From contig CBDBCZ010000019.1 in NCBI GenBank assembly GCA_965203295.1, positions 608,001 through 672,000 on the forward strand: DNA of 64,000 nucleotides, given 5' to 3'. Positions within the stretch are counted from its first letter, which is position 1, and each line of letters starts with the position of its first letter. Below are positions 1 to 9,746 of the stretch, in pieces. This DNA comes from Nitrospirales bacterium (GTDB lineage: Bacteria; Nitrospirota; Nitrospiria; Nitrospirales; UBA8639). Both the position numbers and the translations under genes were made by a program. Under the pieces are notes generated by a model, which worked only from the letters and a program-made list of their open reading frames with translations, searched no databases and had not been told where the DNA came from.

Positions 1-14
1 GAGATCGTCATGAA

Positions 15-80
15 TTGTAAAACTTGCATTTCAGTTGACGGACATTGTCAGATGAAGTTCGGAATTCCTGCTACACGTAA
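15..80. repeat. Truncated copy of the left end of the MITE-like element at 27254-27495
   Basis: TTGTAAAACTTGCATTTCAGTTGACGGACATTGTCAGATGAAGTTCGGAATTCCTGCTACACG is near-identical to 27254-27317. Confidence 0.8.
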
Positions 81-101
81 GAGACTGTTGTATTTTTTTC
101 G

Positions 102-1508
102 TCATCGGCCTTTGCTCAGGTTATGATGTTGGATCACCCATTCCCGAGCAGTCTCGAGTGTGTCGAACTTCCCATCAAGCTGAGCCTCAAACGCAGCCTT
201 CAAGATTTCACCCATTGCAGGTCCTGGTGTGACGCCTAGCTCTGTGAGGTGTCTGCCCTGGAGCAATGGCTTCGGTGCGGTGTCTTTCACTTCGAGTTCA
301 TGGGCCAGTTGCAGTAATTGTTCCATTTTCTTAGGGAGCCCAGGAGGGAGAGGGGGCCGGCCACTATTATCTGCCTCCACCAGCCTCGCCAACATATCCA
401 AATTTTCTCCTACTGACGCCAAGGCGACTGCAAGCCTACGAACGTGTCGTGGAGACCCAACAAAATGGAGATGGGTCAAATGATAGTGACATAAGATGAC
501 CACTCGCTCCACCATGGCACTTGGTGTGCCTAGGCGCTTCAGGAATTGCCGATAGAGGTCATCAGTTTCAGCATGCCCTCGAGAATGGATACCATCTGGA
601 GTCACCTTGGTGGTGGACGGTTTTCCCAAGTCATGACAAAGGGCAGTTAAGACCAGGAGGGCTCTTTCCTTCTCCTCGAGGTTCTCACGTTCAGCGATTC
701 TGGAGGCTTTGTCGGTGACGTACAGGGTATGGGTCCAAACATCTCCTTCGGGATGCCACCGCGGGTCTTGCGGACAACCTTCGAGGGCAAGAAGTTCGGG
801 ATAGACCTTGATCCAATCACATTCCCGTAAGAATTTCAGACCCAACGAGGGCTTCACCGATTGAGATGCCCATTTGAACCATTCACTCCAAATCCGTTCG
901 AGAGCGAGGGTATTGTATTCCTTCAAAAGGCCCTTGGATAACTCTACGGTTTCGGCTGCTACCTCTAAAGAAAACCGCCCAGCGAATTGCATGCCGCGGA
1001 GTACACGCAGGGGATCTTCTGAAAACTTTGAGGTGGTGTGCCTCAGAATACCCACTTCTAAATCTTGATGGCCACTATAGGGATCACAGACTTCTCCCCC
1101 TATCGGATCAAAGGCCATGGCGTTCATGGTAAAGTCGCGCCGGGCCGCAGCTTCCTCCAAGGTCATCACTGGATCGGAGAACACTTCAAATCCCTTATGC
1201 CCCAACCCCGTCTTTGATTCGCGACGGGGCAGTGAGACATCAATGGGGAGCCCGTGAATTTTGAGGACCCCAAAGGCTTCACCTACTATGTCAATCGAAA
1301 AATGTGGAGAAAGAATCTTCACCAAAGTTTCGGATGAGATCCCGTATACCTCTATATCAATATCTTTGGGATGCAAACCCAAGAAGGCGTCCCGAACGCA
1401 ACCGCCAACCAGGTAAGCCCGGCCTCCAGCTGATGCCACCACGCGGGCAATTTTAAGCTGAGCTTCACGAACGGCGTCATTTTTAATGTGGAAACGGAAC
1501 GGCATCAC
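102..1508 (-). CDS. cca: CCA-adding tRNA nucleotidyltransferase with HD domain
   Basis: LVGGCVRD, KDIDIE, RRDFTMNA and EDPLRVLR motifs; HPEGDVWTH and LCHDLGK (HD) motifs. Confidence 0.9.
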   Translation of the reverse strand: MMPFRFHIKNDAVREAQLKIARVVASAGGRAYLVGGCVRDAFLGLHPKDIDIEVYGISSETLVKILSPHFSIDIVGEAFGVLKIHGLPIDVSLPRRESKTGLGHKGFEVFSDPVMTLEEAAARRDFTMNAMAFDPIGGEVCDPYSGHQDLEVGILRHTTSKFSEDPLRVLRGMQFAGRFSLEVAAETVELSKGLLKEYNTLALERIWSEWFKWASQSVKPSLGLKFLRECDWIKVYPELLALEGCPQDPRWHPEGDVWTHTLYVTDKASRIAERENLEEKERALLVLTALCHDLGKPSTTKVTPDGIHSRGHAETDDLYRQFLKRLGTPSAMVERVVILCHYHLTHLHFVGSPRHVRRLAVALASVGENLDMLARLVEADNSGRPPLPPGLPKKMEQLLQLAHELEVKDTAPKPLLQGRHLTELGVTPGPAMGEILKAAFEAQLDGKFDTLETAREWVIQHHNLSKGR

Positions 1509-1515
1509 CCGATCC

Positions 1516-2366
1516 TCATTCTGAGTTTAAAGTTTCAAGTTTAAAGATCAGGGCCATGGTGCCGTCTTTTTGTTTTAATGCCAGCCACGTGTTCACAAAA
1601 GTCACGGAGTCGTCTGCCTGACGCGGGAGGGCGTACGCCAAAGGGATGACCACGGGGTCTGTAAACGGCACAGACACCGAGTAGCGAGGATACACCAGAG
1701 TCCAGGCCGAGTCCGCCTCAGTCGCATACACCAGTGCATCAAGATCAGCCGCTGGCGCTTTGTGCAAAAAGAACGACCGGATTGACTCCAGGGGTACCAT
1801 AGTAGCCCGCGGGATCAGGCTCTTGACCAGCGTATGATAGTAGCGAGACCCGGTTGGTAGGCCAAGCTTGAGTGCTTCCAGACTCTTGATCTTCTCCCAG
1901 CTCATGAACTCTTCGCGGCAGTGATACTCAACAAGGAAGGCCATGGTCAAATCCATGTAGGGGATGGAAAAGGTCATTTGCTGGGTGCGGCCTGGGCTTA
2001 TGGCATAGTCCGGGATGACCATATCAATTGCCCCGGTGTCCAACTCCTTGGTTGGGGGCTAACTCGCGGTTCAGCAGCACCAATTCAAGAGAGACGCCTA
2101 AATACTTGGCTAAACCATTGATCACCTCGACATCCGACCCCACGTATTTTTCTTGGGCATTGCGAAAGATAAATGGGAGGGCATCCTTGACATACCCAAC
2201 ACGTAATGTGCCTCGCGTACGGATGCGCTCAAGGCGCGAGCGGTCATCCGCGCCCCCATCCGGCGGGGGTGGCTTCTTACGCACCTTCACCGCACGAGTT
2301 CCTCCAGTAGATCCATTTCGACGAAGGCTGTGTACTTGGTGTAAAGGTGGTCCACCCCGTACGTAA
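1516..2366 (-). pseudogene. Fragmented amino-acid substrate-binding domain (SBP family 3), probably the remnant of a larger transporter gene
   Basis: ORFs 2024-2290 (RIRTRGTLRVGY...GSDVEV) and 1516-2043 (FSIPYMD...FVNTWL) are consecutive parts of one domain in different frames; no intact start. Confidence 0.7.
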
Positions 2367-2519
2367 AGAAGGCAGGGTGCGAAAAAAATCAGGTTGGGCT
2401 TCTCAGTCTACAAAACAATCTGCTTTTGTCGTCAAGCTTCAAGTTAGATATTATACATAACTCGCCCCTTTGATGGACATGCCGCTACCTCTATAGGTCG
2501 TAAGAACAATGGAGAGCAA

Positions 2520-3542
2520 ATGAGGAACCAATTTTGGGTATGCTTCGCGGGAATTGTATGCGTGGTTTTGATACTGACGGGATTATGTCAAGCCGATGAA
2601 ATCTACTTGAAAAACGGCGACCGGATTACGGGAAAGGTCATATCCCTAGAGAATGAGATTCTGACCGTGGAGATCGACTATGTGGACAAGGACGTGAAAA
2701 TCGATTGGAAAGAAGTGGAACGTGTTGTGTTCAATACGCCGGCATCAGTGGACGTGTATGACCAAGATCCTGAACAGTTAGATCCTAGTGAATTTTACGA
2801 TACCGCACGGCTACGCGTAGAAAGCCTGGAAAATACTAAACGGTTTCCTTTATCAAGGATTAAAGGAATCAATACCCCGGACATACGATATAAAGCGAAT
2901 ATTGATTTTGGAGGGAACCGCACCTCAGGGAATACCGATACCACCGCCTTAAACGGAACATTCAATGGAACGATTTGGTCTGATCGGCATCGCTTGAATG
3001 GGAGGTTTAGATACACCAATGCATCAGCGGATGGGGAAGAAACCGCGAACAATTCCAACGGATCAGTCAGATATGATTATTTTTATACTAAAAGGTTGTT
3101 CTTTCGATTGGCTCAATCAATGGAAATCGATAATTTTCAAGATTTGAAACTGAGATCCACGACAGGCGTAAACATAGGGTACCAGTTCATTGACACCTCT
3201 CAGCATACTTTAGACGCAACTCTTGGACCGGCCTTTGTCTATCAGGAATTTTCCACGAGTGGTGTCACGCAAACCCCTGCTGGCAAATGGTTTGTGGATT
3301 GGGAATATAAGGCCCTGGCTGATCGATTAGTGTTGTATCATACGCAATCTGGCGCTCGCGATTTTGGATCGGATAGTGACGCTTTTCGATGGAATGCAGA
3401 CCAAGGAGTTCGTGTCGCTCTGTATAAGAAACTTTACTTCAACCTTGGCTATGAATTTCGGTTTAACAGCGAACCGAAACTTGGCAAAAAGCAGACGGAT
3501 GAAGCCCTAAATATCGGCTTAGGGTATGCGCTCTCAAACTGA
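2520..3542 (+). CDS. DUF481-type outer-membrane beta-barrel protein
   Basis: Signal peptide, ADEIYLKNGDRITG N-domain, GGNRTSGNTDT, alternating aromatic strands. Confidence 0.8.
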   Translation: MRNQFWVCFAGIVCVVLILTGLCQADEIYLKNGDRITGKVISLENEILTVEIDYVDKDVKIDWKEVERVVFNTPASVDVYDQDPEQLDPSEFYDTARLRVESLENTKRFPLSRIKGINTPDIRYKANIDFGGNRTSGNTDTTALNGTFNGTIWSDRHRLNGRFRYTNASADGEETANNSNGSVRYDYFYTKRLFFRLAQSMEIDNFQDLKLRSTTGVNIGYQFIDTSQHTLDATLGPAFVYQEFSTSGVTQTPAGKWFVDWEYKALADRLVLYHTQSGARDFGSDSDAFRWNADQGVRVALYKKLYFNLGYEFRFNSEPKLGKKQTDEALNIGLGYALSN

Positions 3543-3694
3543 TTGACGGGAAGGCTTATTTCCGATATGCGGGCTCAAAGATGAAGACTATTGCAGGAAG
3601 AAATATGAGGGAGGCAGCGCGATGAAAAATCCTATCCTAGTTGCATGTATGTTTTTTTGCTTGGAGCCATTGGTTGCTCTACCGATTCGTAACG

Positions 3695-4159
3695 TTAGTG
3701 GGCTTGCGGAGATCCCCATAGGTAGATCAACTGAAGTTCAATCGTTTTCTTTTCGCTTTCGAGCGTCAGTTTGCATTCCTGCCATGATGGCACTGTTAAC
3801 CCTGGATTGATGTTATTGGATAAGGCGTATCCTTCTTCGGGGAGCACCAGGAATTTCCTCTCCATGTTCCCGGAAAGGTTTTCATCGTGGAGTACCGCAA
3901 TCGCATAGTTTCCGTAATCGAGGTTCTCAAACTGAACCAATACGCTATTCCCGTTGATTCTATCGATGGCACGGGATTTAAAGATTGCCGAGTCGTCATT
4001 AAGAAACCCCTCTGGTCGGTTGTACAGCGAGACAAGGACCTGTCCCTTTGTGCTACGTAGCCCATCGATGCGAACCTCGAGCGCACCTTTACCATGACCG
4101 CTCATGCCAATATGTGATAGCCATACGATACACAAAAGAAGAAATGCACGGTGCCACAT
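3695..4159 (-). CDS. DUF2141 family secreted protein
   Basis: GLRSTKGQV...YAIAVLHDEN...PEEGYALSNN; GGAGGA RBS before ATG 4159. Confidence 0.8.
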   Translation of the reverse strand: MWHRAFLLLCIVWLSHIGMSGHGKGALEVRIDGLRSTKGQVLVSLYNRPEGFLNDDSAIFKSRAIDRINGNSVLVQFENLDYGNYAIAVLHDENLSGNMERKFLVLPEEGYALSNNINPGLTVPSWQECKLTLESEKKTIELQLIYLWGSPQAH

Positions 4160-4246
4160 GGATAAAGATCCTCCACAGTCGCGTCTCGAACGCGCAAGTC
4201 TAGTCATGACGAACAATAGTGAAAAAGGAATCTTGAAGTACGAAGA

Positions 4247-4567
4247 CTATCCTAAATATAGTGACGAGATGATCGAAGAAGCAACCCCCTCGCGTTCGGT
4301 TGGGGCAGGGAGCGCGACCACGCGGAAGACTCGCGGGCTCACTCTCTCCGTGATCCGTTTTCCAGCCGCATCTCGTCCTTCGAAGATCACAATGACCCGT
4401 AGGCCTTTCTGCTTGACCCACTCCTGGATGCGGCAGAGTTCTACCTGAAGCTTCACCAGCTTCTGGTCGAATTCTTTCCGGCTCAGCTTTATACCATTAC
4501 TTACCTGAGCACTCGTTTCGGTTTCCTTGGATTTCTCCTTCTTTTTGTCGTCTCTCTTCCTAGACAT
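4247..4567 (-). pseudogene. ppk2: Polyphosphate kinase 2, 5' fragment
   Basis: LQVEL...IFEGRDAAGK...RVVALPAPTERE; the usual GG(T/V)IK after AAGK is missing and similarity ends after about 95 aa. Confidence 0.85.
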
Positions 4568-4906
4568 CTCTCTTCCCCTTTCCAAACAAGGGTATCCGCC
4601 TTCAGAGTCCTTCTGACTATCATAACGAATGCCGGAGACGTTTTGCATTCGAACCAGAAATCATCCTTCCGGAAAGAGAGTATATCACAACTCTCCCACG
4701 GCCCGCGGCTTATGAGAGATAGGTCAGACAACTCCAATCACGAGTGCTTGTAGGCATTTCAACAGGTTTTGTAAACGAGAGGCGGACAGAACGTGGCTGT
4801 TGACTTTTATTTGAGAGAGGGACTTGGCGGTGCTGGATGTGCAGGAGTTCCAAAGGCTGGAGGTCTCGGCACAGCTCCATAAAGTGGCGGATGGACTGAA
4901 CTCAGC

Positions 4907-5257
4907 TTACCATATGGAGTCATAGGTAATTACGTAGGTAACATCCCTTCCTTCGTTTGCCTCGATTGTAGTTCCAGCAATTTCCCATATGCCTATAGTC
5001 AACACGTCCATTACAAAGTGGCCGGCAGCCACTCCTGGTTTGCTTTTATCACCTTCTTCAAGCTCATATGTGTCAATTATCCTCCCATCCTCCTTGGTTT
5101 CTGAAGATCCCGGATCACCGAAACTCGCAAGAATTACCTCACGTGGAGTTCCTTCTTTAAGCAGAGAGTAGTTATACTCTTCGCCACCCTCCGCCGCCAT
5201 GAACACACTGCAGCCTGTGAGCCACAGTAGGATCATCACAAGAGATGGCATTCGCAT
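4907..5257 (-). CDS. Small lipoprotein, possibly 3'-truncated
   Basis: LTGC lipobox; ends abruptly at ITYDSIW. Confidence 0.6.
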   Translation of the reverse strand: MRMPSLVMILLWLTGCSVFMAAEGGEEYNYSLLKEGTPREVILASFGDPGSSETKEDGRIIDTYELEEGDKSKPGVAAGHFVMDVLTIGIWEIAGTTIEANEGRDVTYVITYDSIW

Positions 5258-5456
5258 TGTCCCATCCTTTTGTATTTAGATCTCGGTTTTTTTTACTCTA
5301 AGGCAGTTCTTGGAGGGTTATATGTTTTTCTCGAACCTAATACATAAAGCCCTTCCGATTGAGTGCAAGGCTATTCCACCAGGTTCCGACATGGCGTATC
5401 CGTAGCTTGTTCCTCTCAAATCGGTGCTTAAGACCCAATCAGCGCGAGACGGGGTT

Positions 5457-5987
5457 CTACCTCATGAGGGACAGGATAATCTTGTTCACGACTTCTCTTA
5501 TGGAGTCTTCCATTTCACTTTCCCCAGAAAATGGATGTGACGCCGACTCACCGAAAATGGTGAATGTCATAATGGAATTCTCTGACGACTTCTCAAATAC
5601 CTCAACCCGGACATCGAGCTCGTTGGCGCCTGCCAATACACCAAACATGATCCTCGCACCCATGGAAACTTGATCTGCGGTATTTACCTGGACGCGAATG
5701 TAGTATTTCGCGGGGTCACCCTCATGTACCACTTGTTTAAAGACGCCGTCGCTCACTAAACGTCCAAATAATTGACCTCGGAGGTTGAGAATGATTTCCC
5801 TCAAATCTTCATCGGGTTGCAGGCCCTCACCTGGAACAACGTTTAAAACCGTCGTCGCGGTGTGGTCAATGCGTTCTGTTTCTTTAAGAGGCTGCAGCAT
5901 TTTCATTTGTCCACTGGAGGAACATCCGGGCAAAAGACTCACTGCGAACGCCAAGAAGAACAGCATGGTCATTCTTTTTGTCATCAT
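5457..5987 (-). CDS. DUF4410-like lipoprotein
   Basis: LPGC lipobox; GARIMFGVLAGAN motif; AGAGGA RBS before ATG 5987. Confidence 0.7.
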   Translation of the reverse strand: MMTKRMTMLFFLAFAVSLLPGCSSSGQMKMLQPLKETERIDHTATTVLNVVPGEGLQPDEDLREIILNLRGQLFGRLVSDGVFKQVVHEGDPAKYYIRVQVNTADQVSMGARIMFGVLAGANELDVRVEVFEKSSENSIMTFTIFGESASHPFSGESEMEDSIREVVNKIILSLMR

Positions 5988-6458
5988 CTTCCTCTCTTTA
6001 TTAGGAATTAGAATATACGCTTTCTTTTGTAGTTGCAGACCTCCGTTACAGAGGCTAATGTAGCAAGCGTTGGGGAAAAGGACAATGCGAAGAGGTGGGA
6101 TCTTGTTTTCTTCTTCAGTCGCTCGCATTATTGACAACTGCTTTTTCCAACTTTCTTGCTTTTTATGGAATGCTCAATTCGCGTCAAGAGAGTTTATGGC
6201 AAACTCCGCATTCGCTCTACAAACACAAATCCCCTCAAGCACACACGTACCCGAAGGGCCTATCTTAGGTATCCTAGTGTTTTAAGACTTCTGCTCGCGC
6301 CATTCACCCCATGTTGAACTCCTAATTTTCATAAAGCCTACTCCTAACTCATAATAAATGTCTATCTTCTCTAGGAGGCAGGTCTATCCCTTCTTTTCTG
6401 GCAACCACTTTTTCCTTCCCAGCTATTCAGTGGATCTCTAAGAGGCCAATCTGCAATC

Positions 6459-6650
6459 GTGTTTATCACTCAAGAGTATGCTCTCTTTTATCTTGCATAT
6501 GCGAGTTACACAGCCGGATCCTGGTCAGATAAGGAATTAGAAGAACTCTTTCTCCAAGCTCGCATGGAAAATGAGCGGTTAGGAGTCACGAGTATGCTTC
6601 TATATAGCGAAGGATGGTTCATTCAGGTCTTGGAGGGTGAGAAAAAGACC
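6459..6650 (+). pseudogene. BLUF blue-light sensor domain fragment
   Basis: LAYAS...ENERLGVTSMLLYSEGWFIQVLEGE matches BLUF Y/N/Q pattern; similarity stops after VLEGEK. Confidence 0.75.
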
Positions 6651-6799
6651 GGGAAAAGGGATCGCGTTTTGTCTCGTAAGCGGAAATGTAAACAGCGTAG
6701 TGAGAGCTTTATTTTGCCGAGGTTCGCTATCAGTACCGAACTGATAACGAATCATCAACACATGATGAATAGGCTTCTGTCCTTTACCCATATGATTCA

Positions 6800-7264
6800 T
6801 GGTCTCTCACTGGTCCAGCTTCGCAGAACCACAATAACACACTGACGGGACAATCGGACGAATACCTGGGGCAGGTTGTCAAATTCGCTGGTCGGGTCAA
6901 AAGTATTGAATCGATAAAGGACGGATATGAGGTACTCGCGAAGTGGCTTCCTTATCCAGAACGCCAAGCCTTCGATAAAGGACTCCGGGATCCTGAGGTC
7001 GATCCTGGCCGACATTTCCTTATAAGCTTTTGAGAGAAACGGGAGAGGACTTTCGTTATGACCCAGGGGAATAAATTCATTGTGGAAGGGACAGTGAAAG
7101 GAACAAAAAACGCTTTAATCAGTCTCTTTGGAAATGAAAAGTCACTTCTTTACGTGAATGCCAAGTGTGTCCATGTGTGGGAAACTGGTCAAAGCAGCTT
7201 AAGCAAGAGCCCTGATTCCGATTATCTGGAGGCCAGAAGAAAAACCTTCTGCGCTGATCAATGA
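6800..7264 (+). pseudogene. Slp-like lipoprotein remnant
   Basis: Interrupted frames read DEYLGQVVKFAGRVKSIE...WLPYP and FIVEGTVKG...YVNAKCVHVWETG, resembling Slp family. Confidence 0.45.
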
Positions 7265-7656
7265 GCGTGACCCCTATGCTCGTCCTCATCCCTCACAGGA
7301 TAGGCTACTCTCCAGCCTAACCTTACGCACAGCTTGGCGACCTCTTCCTGGTTTCGTGACACGTCATACGTATACGTGGTTGTCGGTGAGCCAGGTGACA
7401 GCTTTTGGAGATGTGCTGCCATCGTCCTTCGAATTTGGTTCTTGCCTTCATCATCGAAATCCCTTATTCTTCCAATCAGTTAGAAAATCAAGATCATGCC
7501 AATTTATTCATGACGTCCATGAATCCAGCCTCGAGTTGATCTTTGCCACGCCCCTTTTTTCCATGCTTTCCGGAGAAGAAATTAAGAAAATAGCTAGTTT
7601 TATCAAAAATGAAATAGCGACAAAATTTATCAGGAGCGTGTGAAGGAAACTGACCT

Positions 7657-9699
7657 ATGCGACAAAGTTGGCACGAAACCACGGTAGGCTTTGTTGAACA
7701 CAAAGTAGAGACTCACAGGGCCATTGAGTCTCCAGAAGCGACCATAAACGAAGCGATTCATCGAGGCCAAGAAGAGCTTCTCAGGTTACAACACGAGGAG
7801 GGATATTGGCACTTTGATCTGGAAACCGACTCTGGAATGACTGCCGACTATGTCCTGATGATGCACTATATGGATGAGATTGATGAGGCGCTCCAGAACA
7901 AGATTGCGATGTATATCCGGCAAACCCAGACTGATGATGGAGGATGGTCGATCTATTATGGTGGCCCTTCAAATCTCAGTGCTTCTGTCAAGGCGTATTA
8001 CGCTCTTAAGCTCGCTGGGGATGATCCCGATCTCCCTTACATGAAAAAGGCTCGAAAAGCGATTCTCGCTATGGGTGGCGCGGAGAATTCTAGCGTTTTT
8101 GCGAGGATCTTACTGGCATTATTCCAACAAATTCCCTGGCAAGGGGTTCCTTTTCTTCCCGTTGAAATTATCCTGTTACCGCGGTGGTTTCCATTCCATA
8201 TCCAAAAGGTATCTTATTGGTCACGTACGGTGATGGTTCCCCTCTTTATTTTGTGCAGCGTGAAACCACGTGCGAAGAATCCCCGAGGCATCGGCATTCC
8301 AGAACTGTTTTCGATCGCGCCAGAGCAAATCAGAGCCTGTCCTATCCGCTCGCCCTTAAACCAATTTTTTCTGGTCTTGGATGGGATAGGGCGACGGATG
8401 GAGCGAGTGATTCCTCACTGGATCCGTCAACGAGCTCTCAAGAAAGCCGAATGCTGGATTGTGGAACGCCTGAATGGTACGGGGGGGTTGGGTGCGATTG
8501 TCCCTGCCATGATTGCCACCTATCAGGTTTTGGATTGTCTAAGCTATCCGTCAGAACACCAATATCGAGTTGATGCGAAGAGGGCATTAGAGGGATTGTT
8601 GGTCGTTGGGACTCACACTGCCTTTTGCCAGCCATGCCTTTCGCCGATTTGGGACACCGCGTTGGCTTGCCTCACACTTCAGGAAGTCGATGGCGGTCAT
8701 ACGAGGCCGGAGGTCTTGAAGGCGTTTCATTGGTTAAAGGAAAAGCAACTTCTTGATGATCCGGGAGATTGGCGTGAATATCGTCCTCACCTCAGAGGTG
8801 GGGGTTGGTGTTTTGAATTTCAAAACAGCCATTACCCGGATCTGGATGATACCGCTGCGGTGGCGTTTGGCATGCACCAATCTCAAAAAGAAAGTCTTCA
8901 GGAATCGAGTCAGCGCGCCGCAGAGTGGATTGTGGGAATGCAATCGAAAAACGGCGGGTTTGCTTCATACGATGCGGATAACACGTATTATTATCTCAAT
9001 GAGATCCCATTTGCCGATCATGGAGCCTTGCTTGATCCGCCAACCAGTGATGTCAGTGCCCGGTGTTTGTGGTTATTGAGTGCCATGGACCCGGACGGAA
9101 AACATTATCAGCAAGTTCGAGAATCGTGTCTCAATTTTCTCTTCAAAGAACAAACTCCCGAGGGTGCTTGGTTTGGGCGATGGGGAACAAATTACATTTA
9201 CGGGACTTGGTCCGTGCTTGAGGCTTTGAAAAATGCGGGGATTCCTTCTGATGCTCCCTCTGTGCGTCGTGCCGTTCAGTGGCTGAAGAGTTTACAGCGT
9301 CCCGATGGTGGATGGGGGGAAGACAATGACACGTATGATGACGAGGCGCGGAAAGGGCAAGGGTATGCCAGTAGCTTCTTTTCAACCGCTTGGGCGCTTC
9401 TCGGCCTTATGGCCACAGGAGAGCTCCATTGTCCTGAAATACGGAAGGGCATCGACTACCTGACCCGCACACAGAAGACTAATGGACTATGGAACAACAA
9501 TGAGTATTCGGCCCCTGGGTTTCCTCGCGTCCTGTATTTGAAATATCATGGTTACGATAAATACTTTCCTTTGTGGGCACTCGCACGGTACCGCAACCTT
9601 TGTGCTTCAGCCACCTCTGTGCTTCAGCCACCTCAAGACGTATACTCAATGGAGTCGTTTCCCCATCCGGTAAAACGAACAACGGGGCAACCCTGTTGA
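7657..9699 (+). CDS. shc: Squalene-hopene cyclase
   Basis: YPDLDDTA (DXDD), QW repeats (QTDDGGW, QSKNGGF, QRPDGGWGE), GFPRVLYLKYHGY. Confidence 0.95.
   Translation: MRQSWHETTVGFVEHKVETHRAIESPEATINEAIHRGQEELLRLQHEEGYWHFDLETDSGMTADYVLMMHYMDEIDEALQNKIAMYIRQTQTDDGGWSIYYGGPSNLSASVKAYYALKLAGDDPDLPYMKKARKAILAMGGAENSSVFARILLALFQQIPWQGVPFLPVEIILLPRWFPFHIQKVSYWSRTVMVPLFILCSVKPRAKNPRGIGIPELFSIAPEQIRACPIRSPLNQFFLVLDGIGRRMERVIPHWIRQRALKKAECWIVERLNGTGGLGAIVPAMIATYQVLDCLSYPSEHQYRVDAKRALEGLLVVGTHTAFCQPCLSPIWDTALACLTLQEVDGGHTRPEVLKAFHWLKEKQLLDDPGDWREYRPHLRGGGWCFEFQNSHYPDLDDTAAVAFGMHQSQKESLQESSQRAAEWIVGMQSKNGGFASYDADNTYYYLNEIPFADHGALLDPPTSDVSARCLWLLSAMDPDGKHYQQVRESCLNFLFKEQTPEGAWFGRWGTNYIYGTWSVLEALKNAGIPSDAPSVRRAVQWLKSLQRPDGGWGEDNDTYDDEARKGQGYASSFFSTAWALLGLMATGELHCPEIRKGIDYLTRTQKTNGLWNNNEYSAPGFPRVLYLKYHGYDKYFPLWALARYRNLCASATSVLQPPQDVYSMESFPHPVKRTTGQPC
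9601..9634 (+). repeat. Perfect 17-bp tandem duplication in the shc 3' tail
   Basis: TGTGCTTCAGCCACCTC x2. Confidence 0.95.
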
Positions 9700-9746
9700 C
9701 GCCATAGGTCTCCTTCCTGTTAGCCCGCCAAGGGCAAGATACGCAT

